DNA from: Actinomycetes bacterium
GTDB lineage: Bacteria > Actinomycetota > Thermoleophilia > Miltoncostaeales > Miltoncostaeaceae
Assembly (NCBI GenBank): GCA_024639225.1
Contig: JAHEIS010000001.1
Span: 1-58,937, forward strand
Length of the DNA: 58,937 nt
Direction: 5' to 3'
A program made the position numbers and the translations under genes. A model generated the notes under the pieces. It was not told the origin of the DNA. It saw nothing but the letters and a program-made list of their open reading frames with translations, and searched no databases. The number at the start of each line of letters is the position of its first letter. Positions within the stretch are counted from its first letter, which is position 1. Of the stretch, positions 50,722 through 58,937 are shown piece by piece.

Positions 50722-51914
50722 GTGTGATCCTTGATCGTGGTCGTCAGATGCTCGTGAGCCGATGCCGTGACCCGCTCGCTGGCGCGAGACACCAACGCGC
50801 GCGGATCGCCCGACTCGCGGAACTCTGCCAGTTGACGCTGGGCGCCGTTGCCGTCGACCAGCGTGCGCTCGATCGGCGCCAGGAAATCCTCCAGGCCGAG
50901 CGGCTCGTGGACCGAACGCGACCACCCCAGAAGCGCCCGCACGGCATCGGGAGTCGACCGCACCTCACGGCGCGCCAGGTCGATCAGCCCGCCGTCGAGC
51001 CCGTAGCGTTGCGCGCGCCACAGGTTCTCGCCGATCAGGCCGGTGGGGTGCACAGGAAGCGGCACGCCGTCGTCGTGATCGCGGCAGAACGCCGCGACGC
51101 AGGCCAGCGCGAGCGCTGCCAGGGCGAGCGCCTCGCCCATCTCCGACTGGCCGTCGCAGATGCGTACCTCGACGGTGCCGAACGCATGATGCGGCCGGAC
51201 GCTCCACCAGATCTGGGTACCTTCGACGATCGATCCGGTGTTCTCCAGAAGTCGAACGAAGTTGGCGTACTCATCCCAGTCGCGGTAGGGATCGGGGATC
51301 GCGCACCGCGGGAAGGACTTGGTGAAGATCTGGGTGCGGGTCGAGTGCAGCCGCGTCTCACGCCCGAGGAACACCGGGCTGTTCGCCGAGAGGGCCAGCA
51401 GCTCGGGAAGGATGCTGCGCATCGCGGTGGATACCGCCACCGCCCGGTCCGCGCCCTGCACCCCGACGTGGAAGTGGATCGACCAGGTGTTGTTCGTCCA
51501 GGCGATGTACCCCAGCTCACCCTCGACGCGGGCGTAGTGGGGCGTGTCGATGATCCGCTGCTCCTGCCAGGGACTGAAGGGGTGAACGCCCGTGATTCCG
51601 ACGCCGACGCCGAGGCCGTCGGCATGTGCGGCAAGCGCCAGCCGCCCCTCCGCCAGTTCCGCGCCCGCTGAAGCCAGGCCCGGGTGGGCGCCGGTCTTGA
51701 ATTCGACCTCGCTCGCAATGAGTTCGCCGGCGAGATTCGCAGCGAGCTCCTCAGGAGCGGTCTGCTGGAGCTCCTCGAAGCGGTTCGTCAGGGCGAGGGT
51801 CGCCGGATCGAGGAGCTGGTACTCCTCCTCCAGGCCGACGGTGAAGTCGGTCGCGCGCTCGAAACGGTCCGCGACCCCGTCGAGCAGGGATTCGCGTCCA
51901 CGTCCGCCCGCCAT
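50718..51914 (-). CDS. carboxylate-amine ligase, glutamate-cysteine ligase family 2 (YbdK-like)
   Basis: FTVGLEEEYQLLD...ELIASEVEFKT...GTHPF...IHFHVG...LALSANSPVF are GCS2 signatures. Confidence 0.85.
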   Translation of the reverse strand: MAGGRGRESLLDGVADRFERATDFTVGLEEEYQLLDPATLALTNRFEELQQTAPEELAANLAGELIASEVEFKTGAHPGLASAGAELAEGRLALAAHADGLGVGVGITGVHPFSPWQEQRIIDTPHYARVEGELGYIAWTNNTWSIHFHVGVQGADRAVAVSTAMRSILPELLALSANSPVFLGRETRLHSTRTQIFTKSFPRCAIPDPYRDWDEYANFVRLLENTGSIVEGTQIWWSVRPHHAFGTVEVRICDGQSEMGEALALAALALACVAAFCRDHDDGVPLPVHPTGLIGENLWRAQRYGLDGGLIDLARREVRSTPDAVRALLGWSRSVHEPLGLEDFLAPIERTLVDGNGAQRQLAEFRESGDPRALVSRASERVTASAHEHLTTTIKDHT

Positions 51915-51965
51915 CCCGGCGATGGTAGCAACGCCCTCTGCCGCCCAGCCGCACGGGATGCGCCC

Positions 51966-52634
51966 CTACGACAAGTAGAAGTAGAGCGCGTAGAGGAGCT
52001 CGACTGCGGGGCTCGATGTGTGGACGGTCACGTCGGAGGGGACGTTCAGGAGGGCGTCGGAATAGTTGAAGATGATCTTCACGCCCGCGGCCACCAGATC
52101 GTCCGCGACCGACTGCGCCGCGTGCCCGGGGATGGCCAGAACGCCGACCTGGATCGGATCGTCTCCGGCGACGTCGGGCAGCTCGTCGTAGTGGCGGACG
52201 ACGGTCTCACCGAGCTGCATCCCGACCCGTTCCTGATCGACGTCGAAGATCGCCGAGATACGGAATCCGTGATCGGCGAAGACCCCGGATGTCGCGATCG
52301 CCTGACCGAGGTTGCCGGCCCCGAACAGCGCGATGTTGTGCTGGCCGGCGGTCCGCAGGATCGTCCGGATCTTGGCGATCAGCATGTCGATGTCGTAGCC
52401 GACGCCTCGCTTGCCGAACTTCCCGAAGCCCGACAGATCGCGGCGGATCTGCGTCGGGTTCACGTTGGTGTATTCGCTGATCGCCTGCGAGGAGATGCTG
52501 GTCTTGCCCATCTTTCGCGCCTGGGTCAGCACCTGGAGGTAGCGCGACAGCCGCGCGGCCACGCCGAGCGTGAGCCGGTCGGACGCCATCCGGGCGTCGT
52601 CGAGGGGAAAACCGTGGGCGTCAGTTTGTGACAT
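51966..52634 (-). CDS. rex: redox-sensing transcriptional repressor Rex
   Basis: ARLSRYLQVL...ISSQAISEYTNVNPTQIRRDLSGFGKFGKRGVGYDI...IALFGAGNLGQAIA is a winged helix followed by a Rossmann fold. I prefer ATG 52634; the track start is 52652. Confidence 0.85.
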   Translation of the reverse strand: MSQTDAHGFPLDDARMASDRLTLGVAARLSRYLQVLTQARKMGKTSISSQAISEYTNVNPTQIRRDLSGFGKFGKRGVGYDIDMLIAKIRTILRTAGQHNIALFGAGNLGQAIATSGVFADHGFRISAIFDVDQERVGMQLGETVVRHYDELPDVAGDDPIQVGVLAIPGHAAQSVADDLVAAGVKIIFNYSDALLNVPSDVTVHTSSPAVELLYALYFYLS

Positions 52635-52646
52635 TGCGTCACAAAC
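52624..52646. promoter_or_regulatory. Rex-operator-like perfect palindrome overlapping the rex start codon
   Basis: GTTTGTGAC-attgc-GTCACAAAC has 9-bp perfect arms. The half-sites TTGTGA/TCACAA match the Rex box as I recall it, but the spacing is one nt longer than the 18-bp consensus. It spans a TAGTTT -10-like hexamer and the ATG. Confidence 0.6.
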
Positions 52647-52697
52647 TACCACAGTCTTGTGCGAAGTGTTGCAAAGCCACGGCGCGCGGCGCGTCGG

Positions 52698-55208
52698 CTA
52701 CCCCAGGTCGGTGGCGGCGCTGCGGCGCGTGATGCGCCGTCCGTCCGGGCCCCGGGCCGACACGCGCACCCGGTACCGTCCCGGCGGCCGGGGCCGTCCA
52801 TTGGCGAGGCGCTCGGCGAGCAACAGCCGATAGCGGCCGGCGACCCACTCACCGGGTTGCTTGGCGCCGACGACGGCCAGAGGCTCCCCGCCCTCCTCGG
52901 GCAGCAGCTCGACTCGGACGTCGTGGAGTCGGACCGACTGGAGTCGCCCTTCCCTTCGCTCCAGGCGGCCGATCTGGGCCGACACGCCGGCGAGCCCTGA
53001 CGCAGACGTGATCTCGGGAATCCCAAGCGCCTCCTTCGGGGTGACGACACGGACGCGCCGCACGACCGGCGCCACCGCGAGAGGCAGGTCGTCGCGCGCA
53101 GGCAGGACCTGAAGGCGCCCGCGGCCGGTCGGATCGGTCGGCACAACCACGCGGCGCCCGCTCCGGACCCCCGGTCGGAGAACAATCCCCGTCCCTACCG
53201 TCGTCCGGGTGCCGTCGCCGGCGACGTGAACCAGACGCACCTCACGGGGGGAGGTGTCGCGCGACTCAAGAGCGATCGTCGCCGTACCACGACGCCCTTC
53301 GGGCCCGGACGCACCGATGATGGGCGGGTCGATGACGACGGACGGCGCACGCGTACTCGCGAGGGCTCCCGCGCCCACGTCCGACACCGGGGCCTCGCCG
53401 ATCCGCTCCGCGCCTTGGATCAGCGCGCTCCGGACGTGGAGCGCAGGGATACCCGGCTCGTCGGCGCGCAACCTCAGGGCGGCCGCGGCCACCCGTGCCG
53501 CCGCGGGACTCGTTCCGGTGACCTGCGTCGTTCCGCCGCCCGGATAGGGCGCGCTGACGGCGACCGCGGGCGCCGAGAGATCCGGCTTCGGCCTGCCCGT
53601 CGGGCCGGAACCGCGCGAGGAGAAACTGGCCGGGCGGCGCGCCGATGGACGCGGAGGCTGCTCACGGAGCGTTACGAGAGCGCCGCGGCGCGCGACCGCG
53701 AGGTCCGCGAGGGCCTGTCCCTGTCGGGCCCCCAGGCCGATGACCGGCAGCGGCCACTCGGCGCCGCCGATGATCCCGGGGAAAGCGCCAGAGCCGTCCG
53801 TGTCCCAGACCGCGACGGCCGCCGCGCCGGCGGCCGTCGCGTTGGCCGCCTTGTCGCGCAGAGGCTTGCCGCTGCGGGCGACGACCGCCAACGCCCCGGC
53901 CACGCGAGATGCGCCGTCGGGACTCCGGAAGTCGGCGGGCTCGTCCCCGCCCCGCAACTGCCCGTCCGCGGCCGTCACGAACGCCACCGGGAGTTCCTGC
54001 CCGGTGCTCGGAGCGCCCAACAGAGGCAGGCCCTCCAGCGCGCCGTAAGCCGGGCCGATGTTGACGGCCAGCGTGACCTGACGAGGGGAATCGGTCGCCA
54101 GCCCTCCGACCGCGAGCACCACGGGCGACGCCGCCGGACCGCCGATACTCCCGACGCCGGCCAGAGTGGCGCCGTCGTTCCCCGCCGGGGCGACCACGAC
54201 GCTCCCGGCCGATTCGGCGCGCCAGACGGCGTCGGAGAGCGGGTCGGGGCCCGCCCCCGAGAAACCCTGGGCGACACCGAGGAGGATGACGTCGGCGCGA
54301 TCGACAGGATCGCCGTCTCCGTCCGGATCGACGGAATGCTCCAGCGCCGCGATCACCCGGTCGCTGCGCGCGAACGGCTGGATCCGCCCCCCGGCCCGCT
54401 CCAGGGCAACGACCCGATGGACGTGCAGGAGGGGCGCCAGATCGGGTTCCAGCTCCTGCAGTTCGGGGGCGCCGAGAACGATTCCGGCCATCGCAGTGCC
54501 GTGCGCTTCGAGGTGGACCGGCCCGGTACCCATCGACGGATCGTTGTCGCCCGCGACGAAGTCGTGACCGCCGACGATCGGCCGACCGGGTCCGATGCCG
54601 CCGCCGAGCGCCGGATGGGCCGCGTCAACCCCACCATCGATGAGCGCAAGGGTCGGGCCGGACCGACCGGGGCGCGCCGGGGCCGTCGGCGCAGCCGGCG
54701 CGGCCGCAGGGAGCGGTCGCGGAGTGAGGCTGGCCGGAGCGAGGAGGGTCACCGGATGGACGGCCACGACCTGGGGCAGCGCGGCGATCTGACTGGCCCG
54801 TCCCGCCGGTACGTCGACCGCGACGGCGTTCATGAGCACGCGATAGCGGTAGCTGATCCGCGCCCCGAGACCGGCCAGCACGGGCTGGAGTCGGTCATGG
54901 CTCCGGCTGATCTCCGTTGCGCGGGCACGGCGGCCCGGGGCCGGCTCGGATGCGCTGCCACCACCGTCCAGTACCACGATCAGCGACTCGGTCGCGGCGG
55001 ATTCCGGCCGCACCGGCGCACGGACCCCGCTCAGGCCGTCGCCCCAGGCCGCCGCCGCGTCGAGAGCCCGCTCCCCACGGAGCGGCGCCTCGGGGTTGGT
55101 CCCGTCAGCGCCCACGATGGGCGCGCCGACCAGCATCGCGACCGCGGCCGTGGTCCCGGCCCGCCGTGGCCAGCGCCCTCTCTCACCGGTGAACACTCGT
55201 CTGATCAT
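52698..55208 (-). CDS. secreted S8 family (subtilisin-like) serine peptidase
   Basis: Signal-like N-terminus from ATG 55208. Catalytic triad contexts are LIDGGVDAAHPAL (Asp), HGTAMAGIV (His) and GTSPAAARVAAAAL (Ser). A long beta-rich C-terminal region follows. ATGA overlap with the tsaD stop. Confidence 0.8.
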   Translation of the reverse strand: MIRRVFTGERGRWPRRAGTTAAVAMLVGAPIVGADGTNPEAPLRGERALDAAAAWGDGLSGVRAPVRPESAATESLIVVLDGGGSASEPAPGRRARATEISRSHDRLQPVLAGLGARISYRYRVLMNAVAVDVPAGRASQIAALPQVVAVHPVTLLAPASLTPRPLPAAAPAAPTAPARPGRSGPTLALIDGGVDAAHPALGGGIGPGRPIVGGHDFVAGDNDPSMGTGPVHLEAHGTAMAGIVLGAPELQELEPDLAPLLHVHRVVALERAGGRIQPFARSDRVIAALEHSVDPDGDGDPVDRADVILLGVAQGFSGAGPDPLSDAVWRAESAGSVVVAPAGNDGATLAGVGSIGGPAASPVVLAVGGLATDSPRQVTLAVNIGPAYGALEGLPLLGAPSTGQELPVAFVTAADGQLRGGDEPADFRSPDGASRVAGALAVVARSGKPLRDKAANATAAGAAAVAVWDTDGSGAFPGIIGGAEWPLPVIGLGARQGQALADLAVARRGALVTLREQPPRPSARRPASFSSRGSGPTGRPKPDLSAPAVAVSAPYPGGGTTQVTGTSPAAARVAAAALRLRADEPGIPALHVRSALIQGAERIGEAPVSDVGAGALASTRAPSVVIDPPIIGASGPEGRRGTATIALESRDTSPREVRLVHVAGDGTRTTVGTGIVLRPGVRSGRRVVVPTDPTGRGRLQVLPARDDLPLAVAPVVRRVRVVTPKEALGIPEITSASGLAGVSAQIGRLERREGRLQSVRLHDVRVELLPEEGGEPLAVVGAKQPGEWVAGRYRLLLAERLANGRPRPPGRYRVRVSARGPDGRRITRRSAATDLG

Positions 55209-56230
55209 GTGGCGACTCCCCCGGGAGGCGCGGTCGCGACTGCATCCTGAGCCAGGTAGCCGGGCCAGGGAACCCGGTCCGTGAAGTACGCGGCCGCACC
55301 AATCATTGCAGCGTTGTCGGTGCACAGGGAAATCGGGGGTATCGCCACGCGGATTCCGGCGGCTTCGGCGCCCTCGGTGACCAGAGCGCGTAGCCGGCTG
55401 TTCGCGGCGACCCCGCCGCCGATGGACAGCGCGCGAGCGCCGGCCTTCTCCGCGGCCCGCAGGAGCCGCTCGGCCAGGGGTCGCATGACTGCTTCCTGGT
55501 ACGACGCGGCCACATCGGCGGCACGGGGGCCGGGCGTGCCGATGTCGCGCAGGAGGTAGAGGAGCGCCGTCTTCACGCCCGCGAAGCTGAAGTCGAGGGT
55601 GTCGCGCCCGGCCAATCCCACCGGGAACTCGTAGGCGTCGCGATCCCCATCCGCCGCGAGTCGATCCAGGGCGGCGCCCCCGGGGTAACCCAGGCCCAGC
55701 ATCCGAGCCCCCTTGTCGATCGCCTCGCCCGCCGCATCGTCCAAGGTCTCACCGAGGAGGGTCACTTCTCCGTCGGCGGAGACCCGGTCGAGACGGGTGT
55801 GCCCACCCGAGGCGACCAGCGACACGTAGGGCGGGTCGAGGGCGAGCGGCGCCAGCCAGGTGGCGTGGATGTGGCCTCGAAGATGGTCGACCGGGATCAG
55901 TGGCAGGCCGCGGCTCCAGGCCAGACCCTTCGCCGTCGCGACTCCAACCAGGAGCGCCCCGATCAGACCAGGCCGCTCGGTGACCGCGACGGCGTCAATG
56001 GAATCCAGGGTCCGCCCCGCGTCGTCGAGCGCCCGGTCGATGACCGCGTTGATCGTCGTGAGGTGATGGCGAGCCGCGACCTCGGGCACGACGCCTCCGT
56101 AAGGCGTGTGGAGTTCGGCCTGGGAGGCGACGACGTTGCTGAGGATCTCGCGGCGATCGAGGACGGCGGCGGCGGTCTCGTCGCAGGACGACTCGATCGC
56201 GAGCAGGACGCCGTGGTCGTGGCGACTCAT
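55205..56230 (-). CDS. tsaD: tRNA N6-adenosine threonylcarbamoyltransferase TsaD
   Basis: LLAIESSCDETAAAVLD...GVVPEVAARHH...SGGHT...GGVAAN. ATGA overlap with the rimI stop. Confidence 0.9.
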   Translation of the reverse strand: MSRHDHGVLLAIESSCDETAAAVLDRREILSNVVASQAELHTPYGGVVPEVAARHHLTTINAVIDRALDDAGRTLDSIDAVAVTERPGLIGALLVGVATAKGLAWSRGLPLIPVDHLRGHIHATWLAPLALDPPYVSLVASGGHTRLDRVSADGEVTLLGETLDDAAGEAIDKGARMLGLGYPGGAALDRLAADGDRDAYEFPVGLAGRDTLDFSFAGVKTALLYLLRDIGTPGPRAADVAASYQEAVMRPLAERLLRAAEKAGARALSIGGGVAANSRLRALVTEGAEAAGIRVAIPPISLCTDNAAMIGAAAYFTDRVPWPGYLAQDAVATAPPGGVAT

Positions 56231-56712
56231 GGCTCTCCGGCCCGCCACATGATGAGCGCATCTTCACGGTTGTCCGAGTAGTACCCGGGCCGCACGCCGT
56301 GGGAGATGAAGCCGATGCCCCCGTAGAGCGCGATCGCGGCCGTATTCGAGAGTCGCACCTCGAGGGTGTACCCGCGATGGGCGTGACCGTCGCCCCGGGC
56401 GAACAAGGCGTGCAGGAGCCGCTCCGCGTGGCCGCTGCGGCGCCGTCCGGGTCGGACGCAGACATTGAGGATGTGCCAGACCTCCGCGTACGTGGCCGCG
56501 ACCGTGTATCCGACGATCTGCTCGCCCACCTGGGCGACGAGACACACCGAGCCCCGGCGGGCGATCTCATCGAGAAACATCTGTCGCGGCCACGGTGTCG
56601 GATAGCTGTCCCGCTCGATCGCCAGGACCTCGGGGACATCTTCGGCCACCATGTCGCGCACACGAGGCGTAGGCGCGGGTGGTCGGCGCCGAGCCCGGGC
56701 GCGGGATGCCAT
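56227..56712 (-). CDS. rimI: ribosomal-protein-alanine N-acetyltransferase RimI
   Basis: DVPEVLAIERDSYPTPWPRQMF...VCVRPGRRRSGHAERLL...LEVRLSNTAAIALY is a GNAT pattern, in the canonical position between tsaB and tsaD. Confidence 0.8.
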   Translation of the reverse strand: MASRARARRRPPAPTPRVRDMVAEDVPEVLAIERDSYPTPWPRQMFLDEIARRGSVCLVAQVGEQIVGYTVAATYAEVWHILNVCVRPGRRRSGHAERLLHALFARGDGHAHRGYTLEVRLSNTAAIALYGGIGFISHGVRPGYYSDNREDALIMWRAGEP

Positions 56713-57410
56713 CACGCCTCCCCCGCGGCCCGGCGCCGGTTCTCCTCGGCGTCCGGCAGGCGGAGATACAGCGGGGAGGCCGGGCATCCGCCGCCGGCCC
56801 GCACGCGTGCGACGAGGTCGGACGCCGCGGGGCAGGCCGCCCCGGCCTCCCGGGCGGCGGATGCGAGTTCCTGTCGATAGGCGGCGTAGCCTGTGCCGGC
56901 GCCTGCCCCCGACCCGTCGATCTCCGCCAGCGTGGCGGCGAAGACGTCGGGCGTCATGGCCGTCGGCGCGTGCAGGGCGGAGATCCCGCCGTCGGCGTGC
57001 GGCCGGTACACCGCCGCGAAGACTTCGCCCCGGCGGGCGTCGGTGGCCGGGGCGAGGAAATCTGCATCGGGCGCGGCGCGCCGGATGCCGAGGGCGATGG
57101 CCTCGAGCGACGACGCCCCGATGACGGGTATCCCGAGACCCTGAGCGATGCCGCCCGCCGTCGCCATCCCGATGCGGAGACCCGTGAAGCCGCCCGGCCC
57201 GACGCCGACGACGACCCCTCCGAGTTCGTCCGGACGCGCGCCGGCATCGCCCATGACGTCATGGACCATCTCCATCAGCCGCCGCCCGCGCCGGGGCTCG
57301 GGCGGGGCGGTGGTTTCCGCGACCACGTCATCGCCACGGACCACCGCGACAGACGGACCGGGGGTGGAACCGTCAATCGCGAGCGTCAGCGACGAAGCGG
57401 GCCAGCTCAT
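56712..57410 (-). CDS. tsaB: tRNA threonylcarbamoyladenosine biosynthesis protein TsaB
   Basis: LTLAIDGSTPGPSVAVV...GVGPGGFTGLRIG is the YeaZ/TsaB pattern. The start is ATG 57410 or 57425, overlapping the tsaE end. Confidence 0.8.
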   Translation of the reverse strand: MSWPASSLTLAIDGSTPGPSVAVVRGDDVVAETTAPPEPRRGRRLMEMVHDVMGDAGARPDELGGVVVGVGPGGFTGLRIGMATAGGIAQGLGIPVIGASSLEAIALGIRRAAPDADFLAPATDARRGEVFAAVYRPHADGGISALHAPTAMTPDVFAATLAEIDGSGAGAGTGYAAYRQELASAAREAGAACPAASDLVARVRAGGGCPASPLYLRLPDAEENRRRAAGEA

Positions 57411-57849
57411 CGGCAAGCCGCTCATCAGCAGTCCGCATAACTAGCACGCGCCGGTCGTCTCCTCCGTGTTCGAGGTCGATCTCGAGGCGCGCGGCCGGGA
57501 GTCCGCCCACGACGGACTCCGGCCACTCGATCGCGGCCACGGCGTCATCGCCGATGGTCTCGAGCAGCATGCCGATCTCCTCGGCATCGGGCGTCGCCAG
57601 ACGGTAGGCGTCGATGTGCGCCAGCGGCCGGGGGCCCTCGTAGCGGGCGGCGATCGCATAGGTGGGACTCGTCACGCGATCCGTCACACCCATCGCCGCG
57701 CCGAGGGCTTTCACGAACACCGTCTTGCCCGTCCCCACCTCACCCCGGAGCAGGACCAGGTCACCCGCGGCGAGCAATGGGGCCAGCGCGCGCGCCAGGG
57801 CGCCCGTCTCATCGGGACCCGCGGTCGTGTGATCGATCCGGCGGCTCAG
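57373..57849 (-). CDS. tsaE: tRNA t6A ATPase TsaE (non-canonical CTG start inferred)
   Basis: ETGALARALAPLLAAGDLVLLRGEVGTGKTVFVKAL...SPTYAI...HIDAYRL are TsaE motifs. No ATG/GTG/TTG lies in frame for more than 60 codons upstream. CTG 57849..57847 overlaps the UDG TGA. Confidence 0.8.
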   Translation of the reverse strand: MSRRIDHTTAGPDETGALARALAPLLAAGDLVLLRGEVGTGKTVFVKALGAAMGVTDRVTSPTYAIAARYEGPRPLAHIDAYRLATPDAEEIGMLLETIGDDAVAAIEWPESVVGGLPAARLEIDLEHGGDDRRVLVMRTADERLADELARFVADARD

Positions 57850-58538
57850 AACAGCCCGAGTTGCTCGGTGTCCGTGACGCTCGAGGCCGGGAGCGGGTTG
57901 TCCGAAGCAGGCGCCGGCGGATCCGGTCGCGGGATCGGGTCGGGCATCGGGGACCCGGCCCGAACGGCGGCAATGAGTTCCGGCATCCGCGCCACGTCCT
58001 GCTCGAGCGTGGGGAGCATGGCCCGGCTGTAGAGCGCCGCCGCCGGGTGGTAGAGCGGATAGAGCAGGATCTCCCGGCCTCCGATCGTCAGCGGGAGCTC
58101 GCAACCATGCACGCGGGAGATTCCGTCCGGGCGCCCGGACAGGAGCTTGGTCGCGAAATTGCCGAGCGTCGCCACGATCGCCGGGCGGATCATCGAGATC
58201 TGCCGGAAGAGGTGCTCCTGGCAGCTGTCGATCTCCGACGGAAGCGGATCGCGGTTGCCCGGTGGCCGGCACTTGAGGACATTCGCGACGAAGACCTCAT
58301 CCCGCGACAGGCCGATTCCCGCCAGCAGGGTGTCGAGGAGCTTCCCGGCCTGACCGACGAACGGTACGCCCTGCTGGTCCTCGTGATAGCCGGGCGCTTC
58401 GCCGACGAACAAGATGTCGGAATCGGGGCTCCCGCTCCCCGCGACGACTTGGGTCCGCCCATCGCTGAGGGGACAGCGGGTGCAGTCGAGAACGTGCTCC
58501 CGGTGGTACTGGTCCAGCTGCTCCGCCGCGCCTGTCAT
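57846..58538 (-). CDS. uracil-DNA glycosylase, family 4
   Basis: CTRCPLSDGRTQVVAGSGSPDSDILFVGEAPGYHEDQQGVPFVGQAGKLLD...VANVLKCRPPGNRDP are family 4 UDG motifs including the Fe-S cysteines. Confidence 0.85.
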   Translation of the reverse strand: MTGAAEQLDQYHREHVLDCTRCPLSDGRTQVVAGSGSPDSDILFVGEAPGYHEDQQGVPFVGQAGKLLDTLLAGIGLSRDEVFVANVLKCRPPGNRDPLPSEIDSCQEHLFRQISMIRPAIVATLGNFATKLLSGRPDGISRVHGCELPLTIGGREILLYPLYHPAAALYSRAMLPTLEQDVARMPELIAAVRAGSPMPDPIPRPDPPAPASDNPLPASSVTDTEQLGLF

Positions 58539-58631
58539 CGCTTCGAGACTACGCCGGGGCCCGGCCGGAAGCCCGGGGCGCGCGCGTCTCGGACGGCTAC
58601 AATTTCCCGGTCCCGTGCAGGGGCATCACCC

Positions 58632-58937
58632 ATGACCGCCCCGTCCACCCCATCCACGGTTCCGATCGTCCGCGACGTTCCCGCCCTCCGCCGGGCCGTG
58701 GCCGGGCTACGGGCATCCGGCCGGAGGATCGGCTTCGTTCCGACGATGGGTGCGCTCCATCACGGACACCTCACGCTGGTCGACGCAGCGGGCTCCGACG
58801 ACCACGCTGTCGTCCTCAGCATCTTCGTCAATCCGACCCAGTTCGCCGCCGGAGAGGATCTCGCCGACTACCCGCGCCGGGAGGCCGCCGACGTCTCGGC
58901 GGCAGCCGGTCGTGGGGCCGAGCTCATCTTCGCCCCG
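58632..58937 (+). CDS. panC: pantoate--beta-alanine ligase (5' part; runs off the window edge)
   Basis: RIGFVPTMGALHHGHLTLV...VLSIFVNPTQF. A TACAAT -10-like hexamer lies at about 58598..58603. Confidence 0.9.
   Translation, partial: MTAPSTPSTVPIVRDVPALRRAVAGLRASGRRIGFVPTMGALHHGHLTLVDAAGSDDHAVVLSIFVNPTQFAAGEDLADYPRREAADVSAAAGRGAELIFAP

Noticed and set aside
52657-52674. A second Rex-box-like 18-mer, TTGTGCGAAGTGTTGCAA, upstream of rex.
   Set aside because: The right half-site deviates at several positions from TTCACAA, so I do not call it a feature. It is mentioned only as a possible auxiliary site.

Overview
Very GC-rich window (third codon positions are almost all G/C), densely coding, with an actinobacterial-type gene order. 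It reads as core chromosome, not an accessory island. I found no transposase, integrase, phage gene, CRISPR array, rRNA or tRNA.

Content from left to right:
- a block of hypothetical, zinc-ribbon and SPOR envelope proteins
- a hydantoinase/oxoprolinase A/B pair
- the conserved minus-strand cluster relA-recJ-secDF-yajC-ruvB-ruvA-ruvC-yebC-pdxT-pdxS
- an RpiR regulator, a three-domain LigD and an F420-type LLM oxidoreductase
- a 4xLysM lytic transglycosylase with a UPF0104 membrane protein
- a TPP riboswitch followed by a tightly overlapped operon: thiL, ABC importer, thiO-thiS-thiG-thiED-tenA, small metallopeptidase
- a 1120-aa membrane-anchored coiled-coil protein
- npdG-folD-pcrA/uvrD-cysE, a GNAT, cysK and an Rrf2 regulator
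- a membrane pyrophosphatase
- a rex-GCS2-DUF1844-MTAP operon with a Rex-type palindrome over the rex start
- the operon UDG-tsaE-tsaB-rimI-tsaD-S8 peptidase, then the 5' end of panC

I do not see a convincing new multi-gene system such as a defence or mobile system. The observations most worth a second look are:
1. Four conserved housekeeping genes (ruvC, tsaE, thiL, MTAP) have essential N-terminal motifs upstream of any ATG/GTG/TTG. Two begin at a CTG embedded in a CTGA stop/start overlap.
2. The riboswitch-controlled thiamine operon looks like pyrimidine salvage and carries an uncharacterised HExxH protein where a deformylase would be expected.
3. The giant TM-anchored coiled-coil protein has a repeat of roughly 42 residues.
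4. A secreted subtilase is translationally coupled to the t6A operon.

Many long ORFs in the track are antisense shadows or 5' over-extensions typical of high-GC DNA; these are rejected below.
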